A stretch of DNA of 64,000 nt from Candidatus Eiseniibacteriota bacterium (GCA_963725865.1 CAVSAC010000014.1:1408001-1472000), one strand, 5' to 3'. Counted from the stretch's first letter, positions 1-10,169 are shown. Numbers and translations: made by a program. Notes: generated by a model not told the origin, from the letters alone.

Positions 1-1
1 G

Positions 2-583
2 CTCGCCATCGCGGGGCTGCTCCCCGGCGTTCCGATCGACGCACGCCGGCCGATCGACCATGGCCCGGTGTTCGGGACGCAGCCGCGTCCGCGCCCGCGC
101 TTCGTTCCGCTCGGGGTCGGCCGGGTCGAGCGCGGCCCGCTCGCCCGCGTCGAGGCGGGCGAGCCACGCACGTTCACCGCGCAGTTCCGCTACCAGGAGC
201 AGGGCGAACCCGCGGTGCCGTACCCGGTCGGGCGCTGGACGCCCGACGCCGACGGCCTGATCGCGGCGCGTGGGGGAGCGGCGGAGTTCGTGGCGATACG
301 CTATGATGCCCGGCGCTCCGGCCCCGCGCGGGTGGGCGTGGTGATGAGCCCGCCGCGGGATGGATCGGTGCGGGTGTGGGTGCTGCGCGACGAGAAATGG
401 ATGCCGCGCGAGGCGCTCGGGGCGGACGCGCGGCTGGATCCGCGCGGCGCCTCCTATGTCGACGTGAACGAGTCGCGGCTGTACGAGGTGGCGCGCGGAG
501 GCGGGGTGTTCAAGCTCTCCCCGGAGCAGCCGGGGCTCGCGATCCACGCCTTCACGCTCGAGCCGCGCACGTCGCAGGACTGA
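2..583 (+). CDS. Partial (5'-truncated) protein with DipZ-type thioredoxin-like C-terminal domain
   Basis: Frame is open from the window start to TGA 583. The segment GRW...IRYDA...VVMSPP...YVDVNESRLYEV...PGLAIHAFT resembles the DipZ C-terminal domain. Confidence 0.6.
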   Translation, partial: LAIAGLLPGVPIDARRPIDHGPVFGTQPRPRPRFVPLGVGRVERGPLARVEAGEPRTFTAQFRYQEQGEPAVPYPVGRWTPDADGLIAARGGAAEFVAIRYDARRSGPARVGVVMSPPRDGSVRVWVLRDEKWMPREALGADARLDPRGASYVDVNESRLYEVARGGGVFKLSPEQPGLAIHAFTLEPRTSQD

Positions 584-606
584 ACGGAAGGACCACGGAG
601 AACGAC

Positions 607-804
607 ATGCCGCTGTGCGTCTATCTCTGCTACACGCCCGGCTGCCAGGCCAAGATGGATCGCTGGATGGCGACCGGCGAGGAAGGCGCGGCCGCGCGCA
701 TCGAGTGCCCGCGTTGCGGTCAGCCGATGGCCTGCGCCTGGACCGGCACGCAGACCAAGACTCCGAACATGAAGGACGCGAGCGCGTTTCCGCAGCGCAA
801 GTAG
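607..804 (+). CDS. Small zinc-ribbon protein (FmdB-like), 65 aa
   Basis: GGAG RBS at 597-600 and ATG 607. MPLCVYLCYTPGC...IECPRCGQPM carries Cys pairs. Confidence 0.65.
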   Translation: MPLCVYLCYTPGCQAKMDRWMATGEEGAAARIECPRCGQPMACAWTGTQTKTPNMKDASAFPQRK

Positions 805-838
805 CGCGCGGCCGGCGCCGGGTGGTCGCCGGACGGGC

Positions 839-1678
839 TCAGTTCAGCGCCGACAGGATGCTGCGCAGCGCGGTGACGTGGCGCTGCACGTCCTCGCGGT
901 CGAGCGCCGCCGGCGTGTTCGCGAGGTAGTCGCGCAGCGCGCCCAGCGCCTCGCCGTAGCGCTGCAGGCGGTAGAGCAGCAGCCCGCGGTCGCGCCGCTG
1001 CCCCGCGTCCTCGGGCTGCAGGAGCAGCAGGCGCTCCACCGCCGCGAGTGCGCCGCCCAGGTCCTCCGCGCGCAGGTAGGCGTTCTTCAGGTTGTGCAGC
1101 AGGCGCACGATCATGTCGTGCTTGCCGACCGAGGCGAGCATCCCGGGCTCGAACTCGAGCCGGCCGCCGGTGCTCGAGGCGAGGATGCGGCGGCAGTCCT
1201 CCTCGTGCATCGAGCGCGCGTCCTCGAACGGGTCGAGCACCAGGTCGCCGGGCTCGCCGGCGAGCCGCACGAGGAAGTGGGCGGGGAAGCCCACGCCCTC
1301 GAGCGGCATGCCGATGCGCCAGCCGAGCTCGAGCACCACGATCGCGAGCGTGAGCGGGATGCCCTTGCGGCGCCGGAGGACCTCGTGGAGCAGGACGTTG
1401 CGCGGGTCGAAATAGTCGCGGGTGTCGCCGCGGAAGCCCAGCTCGTCGTACACGAACGCGCGCAGGCGCGCGAGGCGCTGGAGGTTGTTCCAACCCGGCT
1501 CGAGACGGGCCTTGAGCGTGGCGCCCCACTCCTCGAGGATGCCGATCTGCTCGTCGACGCGCAGCGCGGGATCGGACTCCGCGGCGACCAGCAGCGCGGC
1601 GCGCGCGAGTTCGAGCGTGGGTTCGGGCTCGCGCATGTGCGCGAGGAACGCGGTCCGGATGAGCTCGGGAGCCTGCAT
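839..1678 (-). CDS. SirB1 / transglutaminase-like domain protein with C-terminal TPR
   Basis: LGFRGDTRDYFDPRN..LHEVL.RRKGIPLTL, GVGFPAHFLVR and RDRGLLLY motifs. GAGGA RBS lies upstream of ATG 1678. Confidence 0.88.
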   Translation of the reverse strand: MQAPELIRTAFLAHMREPEPTLELARAALLVAAESDPALRVDEQIGILEEWGATLKARLEPGWNNLQRLARLRAFVYDELGFRGDTRDYFDPRNVLLHEVLRRRKGIPLTLAIVVLELGWRIGMPLEGVGFPAHFLVRLAGEPGDLVLDPFEDARSMHEEDCRRILASSTGGRLEFEPGMLASVGKHDMIVRLLHNLKNAYLRAEDLGGALAAVERLLLLQPEDAGQRRDRGLLLYRLQRYGEALGALRDYLANTPAALDREDVQRHVTALRSILSALN

Positions 1679-2840
1679 GGTGCGTGATCGATCCTCGTCG
1701 TCTGGTCCCACCGATGGCGTGCCGGGACCCGTGGTCCGCGCGCTGCACCGGCGGTTGCTGGCCTGGTACGCCCGTGAGCGCCGCGATCTGCCGTGGCGCC
1801 GCACCCGCGACCCGTATGCGGTGTGGCTGTCCGAGGTCATGCTCCAGCAGACCCAGGTCGCCACCGCGCTGCCGTACTACGAGCGTTTCCTCGCGCGCTT
1901 TCCGAGCCTCGAGTCGCTGTCCCGCGCGCGCGAGGCCGACGTGCTCCACGCGTGGGCGGGGCTGGGCTACTACCGCCGCGCGCGCTCGTTCCGATCCGCC
2001 GCCCTCCAGGTGGTGCGCGAGCACGCCGGACACGTGCCCGACGATCCCGAACGCTTCGGCCGACTGCCCGGCGTCGGCCGCTACACCTGCGGCGCGGTGC
2101 TCTCCATCGCTTTCGGCCGTCCGCTTCCGGTTCTGGATGGGAATGTCGCGCGGGTGCTGGCGCGACTCACCGCGCGGCCGCTCGCGATCCGTGACCCGCG
2201 CGACGCGCGCGCGCTGTGGACGCTGGCCGAGTCCCTGGTTCCGATGCGCGAGCCGGGGGATTGGAACCAGGCGATGATGGAATTGGGGGCCCGCATCTGC
2301 ACGCCGCGCGCGCCCCGCTGCGGCGCCTGTCCGGTCGCCGCGCGCTGCCGCGCCCACGCCCTCGGGCGCGAGGAGGAGTTTCCGCCGGTCGCGCCGCGGC
2401 GCGCGGCGGTGACGGTGCGGCGGGCGGTGGCGCTGGTCGGGCGCGCGGGCCGCCTGTTGATGACGCGACGGGACGGCACGCTGCTCGCGGGGCTGTGGGA
2501 GCCGCCCGGCATCGACCTGGCGCCTGGGACCGACGGCGCGCGCGCGCTCGGCGCCGCTCTGAAGGCGCTCGGCGTGCGGGCCGCGCTGCGCCCGCTCGAA
2601 GCCCGCGTCCGCCACACCATCACCCACCGCAGGTTCGAGGTCGAGCTGTGGGGCGGCACCCTGCTCGGGGCGGCGCCGCGCGGCGCGCGGGTGCGGCTGG
2701 TGGATCCCGAGGCGCCCGCCGTGGCGCTCAGCGCGCTCGCGCGCAAGGCGGCGCGCGCCGGCGCGGCCGCCGCGACTCCGGGCACCTCGCGGCGCGGACT
2801 CCGCCGCGCGGCTCAAGCGCCTCGCGCCCGCCGCCGATAA
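1677..2840 (+). CDS. mutY: A/G-specific adenine DNA glycosylase MutY
   Basis: RDLPWR, WLSEVMLQQTQV, WAGLGYY, HhH motif LPGVGRYT, LDGNVARV and the Fe-S motif CxxxxxxCxxCxxxxxC. Start is uncertain (ATG 1677, GTG 1719 or GTG 1731). Confidence 0.93.
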   Translation: MVRDRSSSSGPTDGVPGPVVRALHRRLLAWYARERRDLPWRRTRDPYAVWLSEVMLQQTQVATALPYYERFLARFPSLESLSRAREADVLHAWAGLGYYRRARSFRSAALQVVREHAGHVPDDPERFGRLPGVGRYTCGAVLSIAFGRPLPVLDGNVARVLARLTARPLAIRDPRDARALWTLAESLVPMREPGDWNQAMMELGARICTPRAPRCGACPVAARCRAHALGREEEFPPVAPRRAAVTVRRAVALVGRAGRLLMTRRDGTLLAGLWEPPGIDLAPGTDGARALGAALKALGVRAALRPLEARVRHTITHRRFEVELWGGTLLGAAPRGARVRLVDPEAPAVALSALARKAARAGAAAATPGTSRRGLRRAAQAPRARRR

Positions 2841-2928
2841 CCCCGCGGTCGGCTTCGTCCTCCGCCTCGAGACCGTGCGCCAGCACCGCCCGGACGCCGC
2901 CGCCCCGCCGTCAGCGCAGGAGAACCAC

Positions 2929-3693
2929 GTGGAAACCGCGGATCGCTCGCTCCGACTCCAGCAGGTCGCCGACCATCGCACCGTGCGCAAGACGCTGCGC
3001 GGTTCGAGCATCGGCAGTCTCGTCTTCGGCGCGCTCGCGCTGCTCGGCGGCATCGCGCCCCCCTTCGATCCGGTGCTGACCGCGGTCGGCGCGGTGCTGC
3101 TGAGCACCGGCATCTGGAACCTGCTCGATCCGCGGCCCACCGGCATCCTGCTCGACGGCTGCGCGCTGCTGGTGGTGGGGCTCTACAACGTCGCCGGCGC
3201 CCTGTTCGCCCTGTCGCAGGGGCAGCACGGCACCGCCGACAGCCTGTTCGTGAAGCTCGGGGTGTTCCAGATCGCGTGGGGGGCCGCGAGCTTCTGGCGC
3301 TTCCGGCGCTTCCGCGACGCCTTCCGCGACCCGCCGACCGAAGCGGAGTCGCGCCAGCTCGACGGCATGGTGAACGTGCTGTGGAAGACCAAGGCGAAGG
3401 AGTCGGTCGACGTGATCGAGTTCGTCAGCGAGGGGCTTCACGCGAAGGCCTGGAAGGCGCGCCTGTCGCCGACCCTGGCGGTGCTCGCCACCGACCGCGG
3501 CCACGAGGTGGTGGTGGCCGAGAAGGATCAGTTCGACATCGAGGACCGCGGCAAGGTGATGCTCGGCTCGGCCCGCAAGGCCACGTTCGTCGTGCGCGGG
3601 AAGCGCTGGAAGGGTCACCTGCCGGCCGACTCGCTGGAGCGCTTCCAGCAGTGGAAGACCGGCGTGGTGATTCCTCGCGCGATCGCGGCCTGA
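2929..3693 (+). CDS. Hypothetical membrane protein (about 4 TM plus soluble C-terminal domain)
   Basis: AGGAG RBS precedes GTG 2929. Hydrophobic segments and host-like codon usage. Confidence 0.7.
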   Translation: METADRSLRLQQVADHRTVRKTLRGSSIGSLVFGALALLGGIAPPFDPVLTAVGAVLLSTGIWNLLDPRPTGILLDGCALLVVGLYNVAGALFALSQGQHGTADSLFVKLGVFQIAWGAASFWRFRRFRDAFRDPPTEAESRQLDGMVNVLWKTKAKESVDVIEFVSEGLHAKAWKARLSPTLAVLATDRGHEVVVAEKDQFDIEDRGKVMLGSARKATFVVRGKRWKGHLPADSLERFQQWKTGVVIPRAIAA

Positions 3694-3771
3694 GCTGCTA
3701 CCCACACGCCGACGGCGGCGCCCCGTACCCGGGACGCCGCCGTCGTGTTTCGGTGCGCGAACCGCGCGGCT

Positions 3772-6700
3772 TCAGTCCGCCGAGCCCATCCCGACGGTGC
3801 CGCCCGCGGGCGCGGGCGCCAGGCCGGGCGTCGGTACGGGCCGCGGCTCGGGTCCCGGCGCCGGCACGTGCTCCGCGAGTTCCGCGGGCGCGCTCGTCCA
3901 CTTCGTCACCCGCACGCCCACCCACGCGCCGAAGTCGTCGAGGTAGGTGTACACGACCGGCACCACGATCAGCGTCAGCAGCGTCGAGGTGATGAGCCCA
4001 CCGATCACCGCGTGCGCCATCGGGGCGCGGAACTCGCCGCCCTGACCGCCGCCGATCGCGGTCGGCAGCATGCCGAAGATCATCGCCAGCGTGGTCATCA
4101 CGATCGGGCGCAATCGGAGCTGGCCCGCATCGACCAGCGCCTTGGTGCGCTCGCTGCCCCGGTCGCGCGCTTTGTTGGCGAAGTCGACCAGCAGGATGGC
4201 GTTCTTCGTCACCAGGCCCATCAGCATGATGATGCCGATCATGCTCATCAGGTTGAGCGTCCCGCGCGTGATCATCAGGCCGAGCATCACGCCCACCAGC
4301 GACAGCGGCAACGACAGCATGATGGCGACCGGGTGCAGGAACGACCCGAACTGCGAGGCGAGGATGATGTAGATGAAGATCACCGCCATCGCCAGCGCCT
4401 CCAGGATGTAGCCGATGGTCTCCTGGAGATCCTCCTGCTCGCCGCCGAAGTCGAACGAGTAGCCCGGCGGCAGCTGCAGCCGCGCCAGCCGCGTCTGGAT
4501 CCCGGTCACCACCTCGCTGAGCGGCACGCCCTCGTAGTTGCCCTCGACGGTGACGACGCGCTCCAGTCCGATGCGGTCGATCTGCGACGGCGCGCCGCTC
4601 AGCTGGAGCCTCGCGATCTGGCCGAGCGGCACCATCACCGGGCGGCCGGAGCGGTCGAACGAGCCGGTGGCGATCGGCACCCGCGCGAGATCCGCCTGGG
4701 AGGTGCGGTACTCCGGCGCCATGCGCACGACCACGTCGTGCGCGAGACCGGTCTCGTCCTCCCAGTTGCCGGCCTTCTGTCCCGACAGCACGGGACGCAG
4801 GGCCGCGCCGACGGCGCCGACCGAGGTGCCGAGCTGCGCCGCGAGGTCGCGATCGAGGACCGCCGTCCACTCGGGCTTGCGGCCCTCGAGGCTCGACTTG
4901 GGATCCACGAATCCGTGGACGTCGCGGATCGTGGCGATGGTCTGATCCGACAGCTCCTGCAGCTTGTCGAGGCGCGGGCCGTTGATGTGGAGCCGGATCG
5001 GCGCCGACGCGCCGCCGAAGCTCACCTGGAGGATGCGCGCGCTCACACCCTGGAAGCGCGGCAGGTCCTTGCGCATCAGGGTCTCGAGCCGCTGCTGCGA
5101 GAGCCGGCGGGTATGGCGCGGGGTGAGCTTCACGTAGATCTGGCCCTTGTTGACCGCGCCGTTCTGCTGGTCGCCGCCGATGCTGGTGTAGGTGTAGGCG
5201 ACCTCCGGGTGCGAGCGCACGAACCGCACCAGCTCCAGCGCCTTGTCGGTCGTGTAGGCGAGCGAGGAGCCGACCGGGGTGTCGAAGCCGATCACGGTCT
5301 CGCCCTCGTCCGACTTCGGGAAGAACTGCTGGCCCACCAGTCCGACGGCGGGCAGCGCCAGCGCGATCACGAACGTCGCCAGCGCGATCCCCATGGTGAG
5401 CAGGCGATGGCGCAGCGCCCACTGGATGAGCCCGCGGTACCGCCGGCCCACGCCCTCGAACCACTGGTTGAAGCCCGCGAGCCGGCGGCCCACGAAGCCG
5501 TTCTGCCGGTGGCCCTCGGCCTGGGGGTCGTACCAGCGCGAGGACAGCATCGGATCGAGCGTGAACGAGACGAACAGCGAGACCAGCACCGCGAACGCGA
5601 CCGTGATGCCGAACGAGAAGAAGAAGCGCCCGACGATGCCGCCCATGAACGCGACCGGGACGAACACCGCGATGATCGAGAGCGAGGTCGAGAGGACCGC
5701 GAAGCCGATCTCGGCGGTGCCGTTGCGGGCCGCGGTGAAGTGGTCCTCGCCGCGTTCGACGTGGCGCACGATGTTCTCGCGGACCACGATCGCGTCGTCG
5801 ATGAGCATGCCGATCACCAGCGACAGCGCCATCAGCGTCATCGTGTTGAGCGTGAATCCGAACGCCAGGATCGCGACGAACGACGAGATCACCGAGACCG
5901 GGAGCGTGAGGCCGGTGATCACGGTCGAGCGCCACGAGTTCAGGAACACGAACACGATCAGGATGGTGAGGAACGCGCCCTCGACCAGCGTCTTGCGGAC
6001 GTCGTCCACCGAGTCGCGGATCTGGACCGAGTTGTCGCGGATCGGCGCGATCACCACGCCCGCGGGCAGTGACTTGTTCAGCTTCCCGACCGCGGCGTGC
6101 ACGTCGTCCGCGATCTGCACGGTGTTGCCGCCCGAGACCTTGCGGACCGAGATCGCGACCGCGCGCTCTCCGTTCACGAACGCCGCGTCGCGCGCCTCCT
6201 CCTGCGCGTCCTCGACGCGCGCGACCTGGGACAGGCGCACCGGCTCGCCGCCGCGCTCGGCGACGACGATGGAGTTGAATCCCGCCGGCTCGGGGATGCG
6301 CCCCTTCACGCGCACGAGCTCCTCGCGGTGCCCGCGATCGACGCGCCCGGCGGGCACGTCGGTGTTCTCGCGCTCGACCGCCGCCACCACCATGTCGGGC
6401 GACACGCCCAGCGCCTGCATCCGGTCGGGCTGGAGCAGCGCGTGGATCTCGCGGCGCACGCCGCCCTCGACCGACACGTTGCCGACCCCCGGGATGTTCT
6501 CGAGGCGCTTGCTGATGGTCTCCTCGGCGAGCGTGGTCAGGTCGCGCAGCGACATGCCCGCGCTGCTCAGCGAGAACGTCAGGATCGGGTCGCCCTGGGC
6601 GTCGTACTTCGACACCACCGGCGGGTCGATGTCTTTCGGAAGCTCGAGGCGGATGGCGTCGAGCTTCGCCCGCACGTCGGCCTGCGCCTCCGCGACCTTG

Positions 6701-6996
6701 ACGCCGAGACGGAACTGGATGAACACCTGCGAGAAGCCCTCGGTCGAGATCGAGCTGATCTCCTTCACTCCAGAGACCGGGTTGACGGCCTCCTCGATCT
6801 TCTTGGTCACCTCGCGCTCGACCGCTTCGGGGCTCGCGCCGGGGTAGTTCGTCTGGATGCCGACGAACGGGAACTCGATGTTGGGCCACTGGTCGATGGC
6901 GAGTCGCCGGTAGGCGAAGACGCCGAGGGTGACCAGCGCCACGATCATCATCGTGGCGAGCACCGGTCGCTTGATGGAGAGATCGCTCAGGAACAT
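3772..6996 (-). CDS. RND efflux permease (AcrB/AcrD/AcrF family)
   Basis: 1074 aa with SIKRPV start, GMLIDDAIVVRENI, KNAILLVDF and RLRPIVMTT. Confidence 0.96.
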   Translation of the reverse strand: MFLSDLSIKRPVLATMMIVALVTLGVFAYRRLAIDQWPNIEFPFVGIQTNYPGASPEAVEREVTKKIEEAVNPVSGVKEISSISTEGFSQVFIQFRLGVKVAEAQADVRAKLDAIRLELPKDIDPPVVSKYDAQGDPILTFSLSSAGMSLRDLTTLAEETISKRLENIPGVGNVSVEGGVRREIHALLQPDRMQALGVSPDMVVAAVERENTDVPAGRVDRGHREELVRVKGRIPEPAGFNSIVVAERGGEPVRLSQVARVEDAQEEARDAAFVNGERAVAISVRKVSGGNTVQIADDVHAAVGKLNKSLPAGVVIAPIRDNSVQIRDSVDDVRKTLVEGAFLTILIVFVFLNSWRSTVITGLTLPVSVISSFVAILAFGFTLNTMTLMALSLVIGMLIDDAIVVRENIVRHVERGEDHFTAARNGTAEIGFAVLSTSLSIIAVFVPVAFMGGIVGRFFFSFGITVAFAVLVSLFVSFTLDPMLSSRWYDPQAEGHRQNGFVGRRLAGFNQWFEGVGRRYRGLIQWALRHRLLTMGIALATFVIALALPAVGLVGQQFFPKSDEGETVIGFDTPVGSSLAYTTDKALELVRFVRSHPEVAYTYTSIGGDQQNGAVNKGQIYVKLTPRHTRRLSQQRLETLMRKDLPRFQGVSARILQVSFGGASAPIRLHINGPRLDKLQELSDQTIATIRDVHGFVDPKSSLEGRKPEWTAVLDRDLAAQLGTSVGAVGAALRPVLSGQKAGNWEDETGLAHDVVVRMAPEYRTSQADLARVPIATGSFDRSGRPVMVPLGQIARLQLSGAPSQIDRIGLERVVTVEGNYEGVPLSEVVTGIQTRLARLQLPPGYSFDFGGEQEDLQETIGYILEALAMAVIFIYIILASQFGSFLHPVAIMLSLPLSLVGVMLGLMITRGTLNLMSMIGIIMLMGLVTKNAILLVDFANKARDRGSERTKALVDAGQLRLRPIVMTTLAMIFGMLPTAIGGGQGGEFRAPMAHAVIGGLITSTLLTLIVVPVVYTYLDDFGAWVGVRVTKWTSAPAELAEHVPAPGPEPRPVPTPGLAPAPAGGTVGMGSAD

Positions 6997-6997
6997 C

Positions 6998-8077
6998 TCA
7001 GCCCTCCCGCTTCGCGACCTGGACCGGCTGCCCGGCCTTGAGGCCCGTGATCGGTCCGGAGATGACCTGCTCGCCGTCCGTCAATCCCGACACGACCTCG
7101 ACGAGGTCGCGCGAGTCGTCGCGCAGCCCGGTCGTCACCGTGCGCGGCGTGGCTTTGCCGCCGGCCACCACCCACACCACGGCGCGGCCGCTGTCCGCGC
7201 GCACGCTGGCCAGGGGCACCGCGAGCGCCCGCGGCACGCGCTTGAGCACCACCTGGCCGGAGGCGAACAGGCCGCCGACCATGCGTCCATCCCGGTTGGG
7301 GACCGCCACGTAGATCTTCACCTGCCGCGTCGCGGGATCGGCGTCCGCGTTGACGCGCGCGACGCGGCCCTCGATCGCCGCGTGCGGGTAGCCGGTGACG
7401 TCGAGCACCACCGGCGAGCCGACGCGCACCTGGCTCACGTCGGTCGCGGTGATGGTCGCCTCGAACTCCAGCTCGCGCGTGTCCACCACCCGCATGACCG
7501 GGTCTCCGATGCCGAGCCGCGCGCCCGCCTGCACGAAGCGCTGAGCGACCGTCCCGCTGATCGGGGACCGGACCGTCGACTCGTCGAGCATCTTGCGCGC
7601 CGTCGCGTAGGCGGCCTCCGCTTCGCGCATCACCGCCTCCGCGGTCTCGACGTCGCGCTCGGCGACCGCGCCCTCCTTCAGCAGGTTCTGCATGCGCCCG
7701 TAGTCGGAGCGCGCCGCGCGGAAGCGCGCCGCGGCGCCGGCCGCCGCGGGCTCCACTGCGCTGGTGCGGAAGTGCGCGAGCACCTCGCCCCGCTGGACGC
7801 GCTGCCCTTCCTTCACCGGCATCGCGTCGATCACGTCCGCGATCGGCGCGCCGATCGTGATGTCGGTCGCGGGGCCGAGCGTGCCCGAGACCGCCACGCC
7901 CTGCACGAGATCGATGCGTCGCGCCTCCGTCACGTCGCTGGCGCCCAGCACCGCCGCCTGCAGGGCGCCGGCGTCGGCTGCATTCGCGGGGGGCTGCTGC
8001 TTGCCGCATCCGCTCGTCAGGGCGACCGCCAGCAGGCCGACCGTCGCGATCGTCATCATCCACGCATATCGCTTCAT
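6998..8077 (-). CDS. RND efflux periplasmic adaptor (membrane fusion) lipoprotein
   Basis: Lipobox LTSGC, lipoyl-like motifs VKEGQRVQRGEVL and VRSPISGTV. Adjacent to the RND permease. Confidence 0.93.
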   Translation of the reverse strand: MKRYAWMMTIATVGLLAVALTSGCGKQQPPANAADAGALQAAVLGASDVTEARRIDLVQGVAVSGTLGPATDITIGAPIADVIDAMPVKEGQRVQRGEVLAHFRTSAVEPAAAGAAARFRAARSDYGRMQNLLKEGAVAERDVETAEAVMREAEAAYATARKMLDESTVRSPISGTVAQRFVQAGARLGIGDPVMRVVDTRELEFEATITATDVSQVRVGSPVVLDVTGYPHAAIEGRVARVNADADPATRQVKIYVAVPNRDGRMVGGLFASGQVVLKRVPRALAVPLASVRADSGRAVVWVVAGGKATPRTVTTGLRDDSRDLVEVVSGLTDGEQVISGPITGLKAGQPVQVAKREG

Positions 8078-8079
8078 GG

Positions 8080-9531
8080 CTATCGCCCTTCCTTCTCGGG
8101 GTCTACGTTCATGCCGATGCTATCGACGGGGCGCCGCTCCACCGGCAGCGTATGTCCGACCGCCTTCTCGAGGGACGCGAGCGCGAGCAGGTAGTCGCGC
8201 GTGGCCTGCACCTCGTTCAGTTCCGCGTTCTGGTGCTGCAGGCGGGCGTCCGAGACTTCGATCTGAGGCGACAGCCCGTTGGAGAACCGCACGCTCGCGA
8301 GCTCGAACGCACGCTGAGCCTGGCGCACCGTCTCGCGGCGCGCGGCCAGCAGCGCGCCGGTGCGTTCGAGTCCCGTGCGGGCCTGCTCGATCTCGAGCTC
8401 CACGCCGACGCGGGTCTGATCGCGCTGCGCGAGCGCGCGCTCCAGGTCGGCCCGCGCGATGTCGATGCCGCCCTCGGTGCGCAGGCCGACGAAGATGGGG
8501 AACTCGAGCCGGGCGCCGGCGTTCCAGGAGCGGCGATACCGGTCGCGTTCCGGCCACGCCGCGGTCGACGTGAACGCCGAGTGCGAGAGCGTCGAGGTGA
8601 AGTAGAGGTCCGGCCAGCGCCGGCCCTGCTCGACCCGGAGCGCCATCCGCCGGGCGACCACCTCGGCTTCGATCTGCTGCAGCGCGGGGCGGGCGTCGCG
8701 GAGGAACAGGGTGTCCACCGGCACCGGCACCGTCTCGTCGTCGGCGACCAGCGGCGTGGTGAGCACGAGCTCCTGCTCGAGGGGCACGTGCGCGACGCGC
8801 TTGAGCTCGAGCTGCGCGAGCGTGGAGTTGTTGCGGGCCTCGACCACCGGCGGTTCCTGGTTGGCCGCGTCCACCTCGGCTCGCAGCAGCTCGTACTCGG
8901 AGCGTGCGCCCTCGCGGCGGTAGAGCCGCACCTGCGCCAGGTGCGCCCGCGACTGCGCCAGGGACGACTCGGCGATCGCCACGACGCGCTGCGCGAGCGC
9001 GGCGTCCAGGTAGGCCTTGCGGGTCCGGTAGGTGACGTCCATCGCGGTCTCGCGCTGGTTCGAGTCGGCGGCGCGGCGCACCGCCACCGCGGCGCGCAGG
9101 CCCGCGCCCACCTTGCCGCCCGACCACAGCAGCTGGCGCGCGGTGATGTCGAGCTCCCAGGTGTTCTTGGCGGCGAAGGGGCTGTTCGCCAGCAGCGAGC
9201 CGATGCTCGAGTCGTCCGCCGGGACGTCGAACACGGATGCCAGGCTGCGACTGTAGGAGTAGACGCCGTTGATCTGGGGCAGCGCCTCGGCGAGCGCGAA
9301 GTGGATGCGACCGTGCGCCTCGCGGATGAGCGCGCGCGGGAAGCGCATGTCGTCGCCCTCGCTCAGCGCGCGCGCCACCGCGTCGTCGAGCGAGAGGCGC
9401 AGCGGAGCGTCGTCGATCGCCCCGGATGCGGCGGCCGGCGCGGCGCCGGCCCGTGCGGCCGGGGTGGCGAGGAAGGGGAGGACGAGTGCCGCGCACGCGA
9501 GCGCGGCGGTCGCGGGCCAGGCGGCTCTCAT
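8080..9531 (-). CDS. TolC-family outer membrane efflux protein
   Basis: Signal peptide from ATG 9531 (ATGA overlap with the TetR stop), LSLDDAVARAL and OEP helical repeats. Confidence 0.92.
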   Translation of the reverse strand: MRAAWPATAALACAALVLPFLATPAARAGAAPAAASGAIDDAPLRLSLDDAVARALSEGDDMRFPRALIREAHGRIHFALAEALPQINGVYSYSRSLASVFDVPADDSSIGSLLANSPFAAKNTWELDITARQLLWSGGKVGAGLRAAVAVRRAADSNQRETAMDVTYRTRKAYLDAALAQRVVAIAESSLAQSRAHLAQVRLYRREGARSEYELLRAEVDAANQEPPVVEARNNSTLAQLELKRVAHVPLEQELVLTTPLVADDETVPVPVDTLFLRDARPALQQIEAEVVARRMALRVEQGRRWPDLYFTSTLSHSAFTSTAAWPERDRYRRSWNAGARLEFPIFVGLRTEGGIDIARADLERALAQRDQTRVGVELEIEQARTGLERTGALLAARRETVRQAQRAFELASVRFSNGLSPQIEVSDARLQHQNAELNEVQATRDYLLALASLEKAVGHTLPVERRPVDSIGMNVDPEKEGR

Positions 9532-10169
9532 CGATGCGCTCCGTTCCGCGCCATCAGTCCGTCGAGCATGAGCTCGAGCCGGATGCGCAGCTCGGGGAGC
9601 AGCTTGAAGTCGTAGGGGGAGCCGGCCGGGCACTCGTCGCAGTTCACCCACGTGTAGATCGTCGCGTAGTAGATCCCGGTCAGCATCTCGGCGGCGCGGC
9701 CCTCGTCCACGTCGGTCCGCAGCTCGCCGGCGTCGCGGGCCATCTGCAGCGCTCGGAACACGAGCGTGTTCCAGCGCACCGCGTGCGTGCCCTCGTCGGC
9801 GACGTCGAACGCGCGCGCCATCAGCTCGTTGATCACGTAGCGCGACAGCTCGCGGTCGGCCTCGTAGGCGGTGGCGGCGCGCAGGTAGACGTCGATCAGC
9901 TTCTCGCGCGCCGGCTTCTTCGCCGCGAAGATCGCCTCGGCGTTGGCCTCGAGGTCCACGAGGCGCTGCTCGGACAGGTAGCCCAGCACCGATTCCTTGC
10001 GCGGGAAGTAGTTGAAGAACGTCCCCTTCGCGACATCCGCGCGCTCCGTGATGTCGTCGATCGTGGTCTCGGCGAAGCCGCGCTTGCTGAACAGGCGGAT
10101 CGCTTCCTTGAAGATGCGCTCGCGAGTCTCTTCCTTCTTGCGCTCGCGGCGCGACGGCTCGGTGATCAT
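9528..10169 (-). CDS. TetR/AcrR family transcriptional regulator
   Basis: RRERKKEETRERI...GFAETTIDDITERADVAKGTFFNYFPRKE helix-turn-helix. First gene of the efflux operon. Confidence 0.95.
   Translation of the reverse strand: MITEPSRRERKKEETRERIFKEAIRLFSKRGFAETTIDDITERADVAKGTFFNYFPRKESVLGYLSEQRLVDLEANAEAIFAAKKPAREKLIDVYLRAATAYEADRELSRYVINELMARAFDVADEGTHAVRWNTLVFRALQMARDAGELRTDVDEGRAAEMLTGIYYATIYTWVNCDECPAGSPYDFKLLPELRIRLELMLDGLMARNGAHR

Noticed and set aside
3698..7041. Long alternative-frame and antisense ORFs (e.g. 3698-6889, 3745-6072, 19375-22170, 39653-42187)
   Set aside because: These are shadow ORFs typical of very high GC DNA. They are Arg/Ala/Gly-rich, motif-less and overlap well-supported genes.
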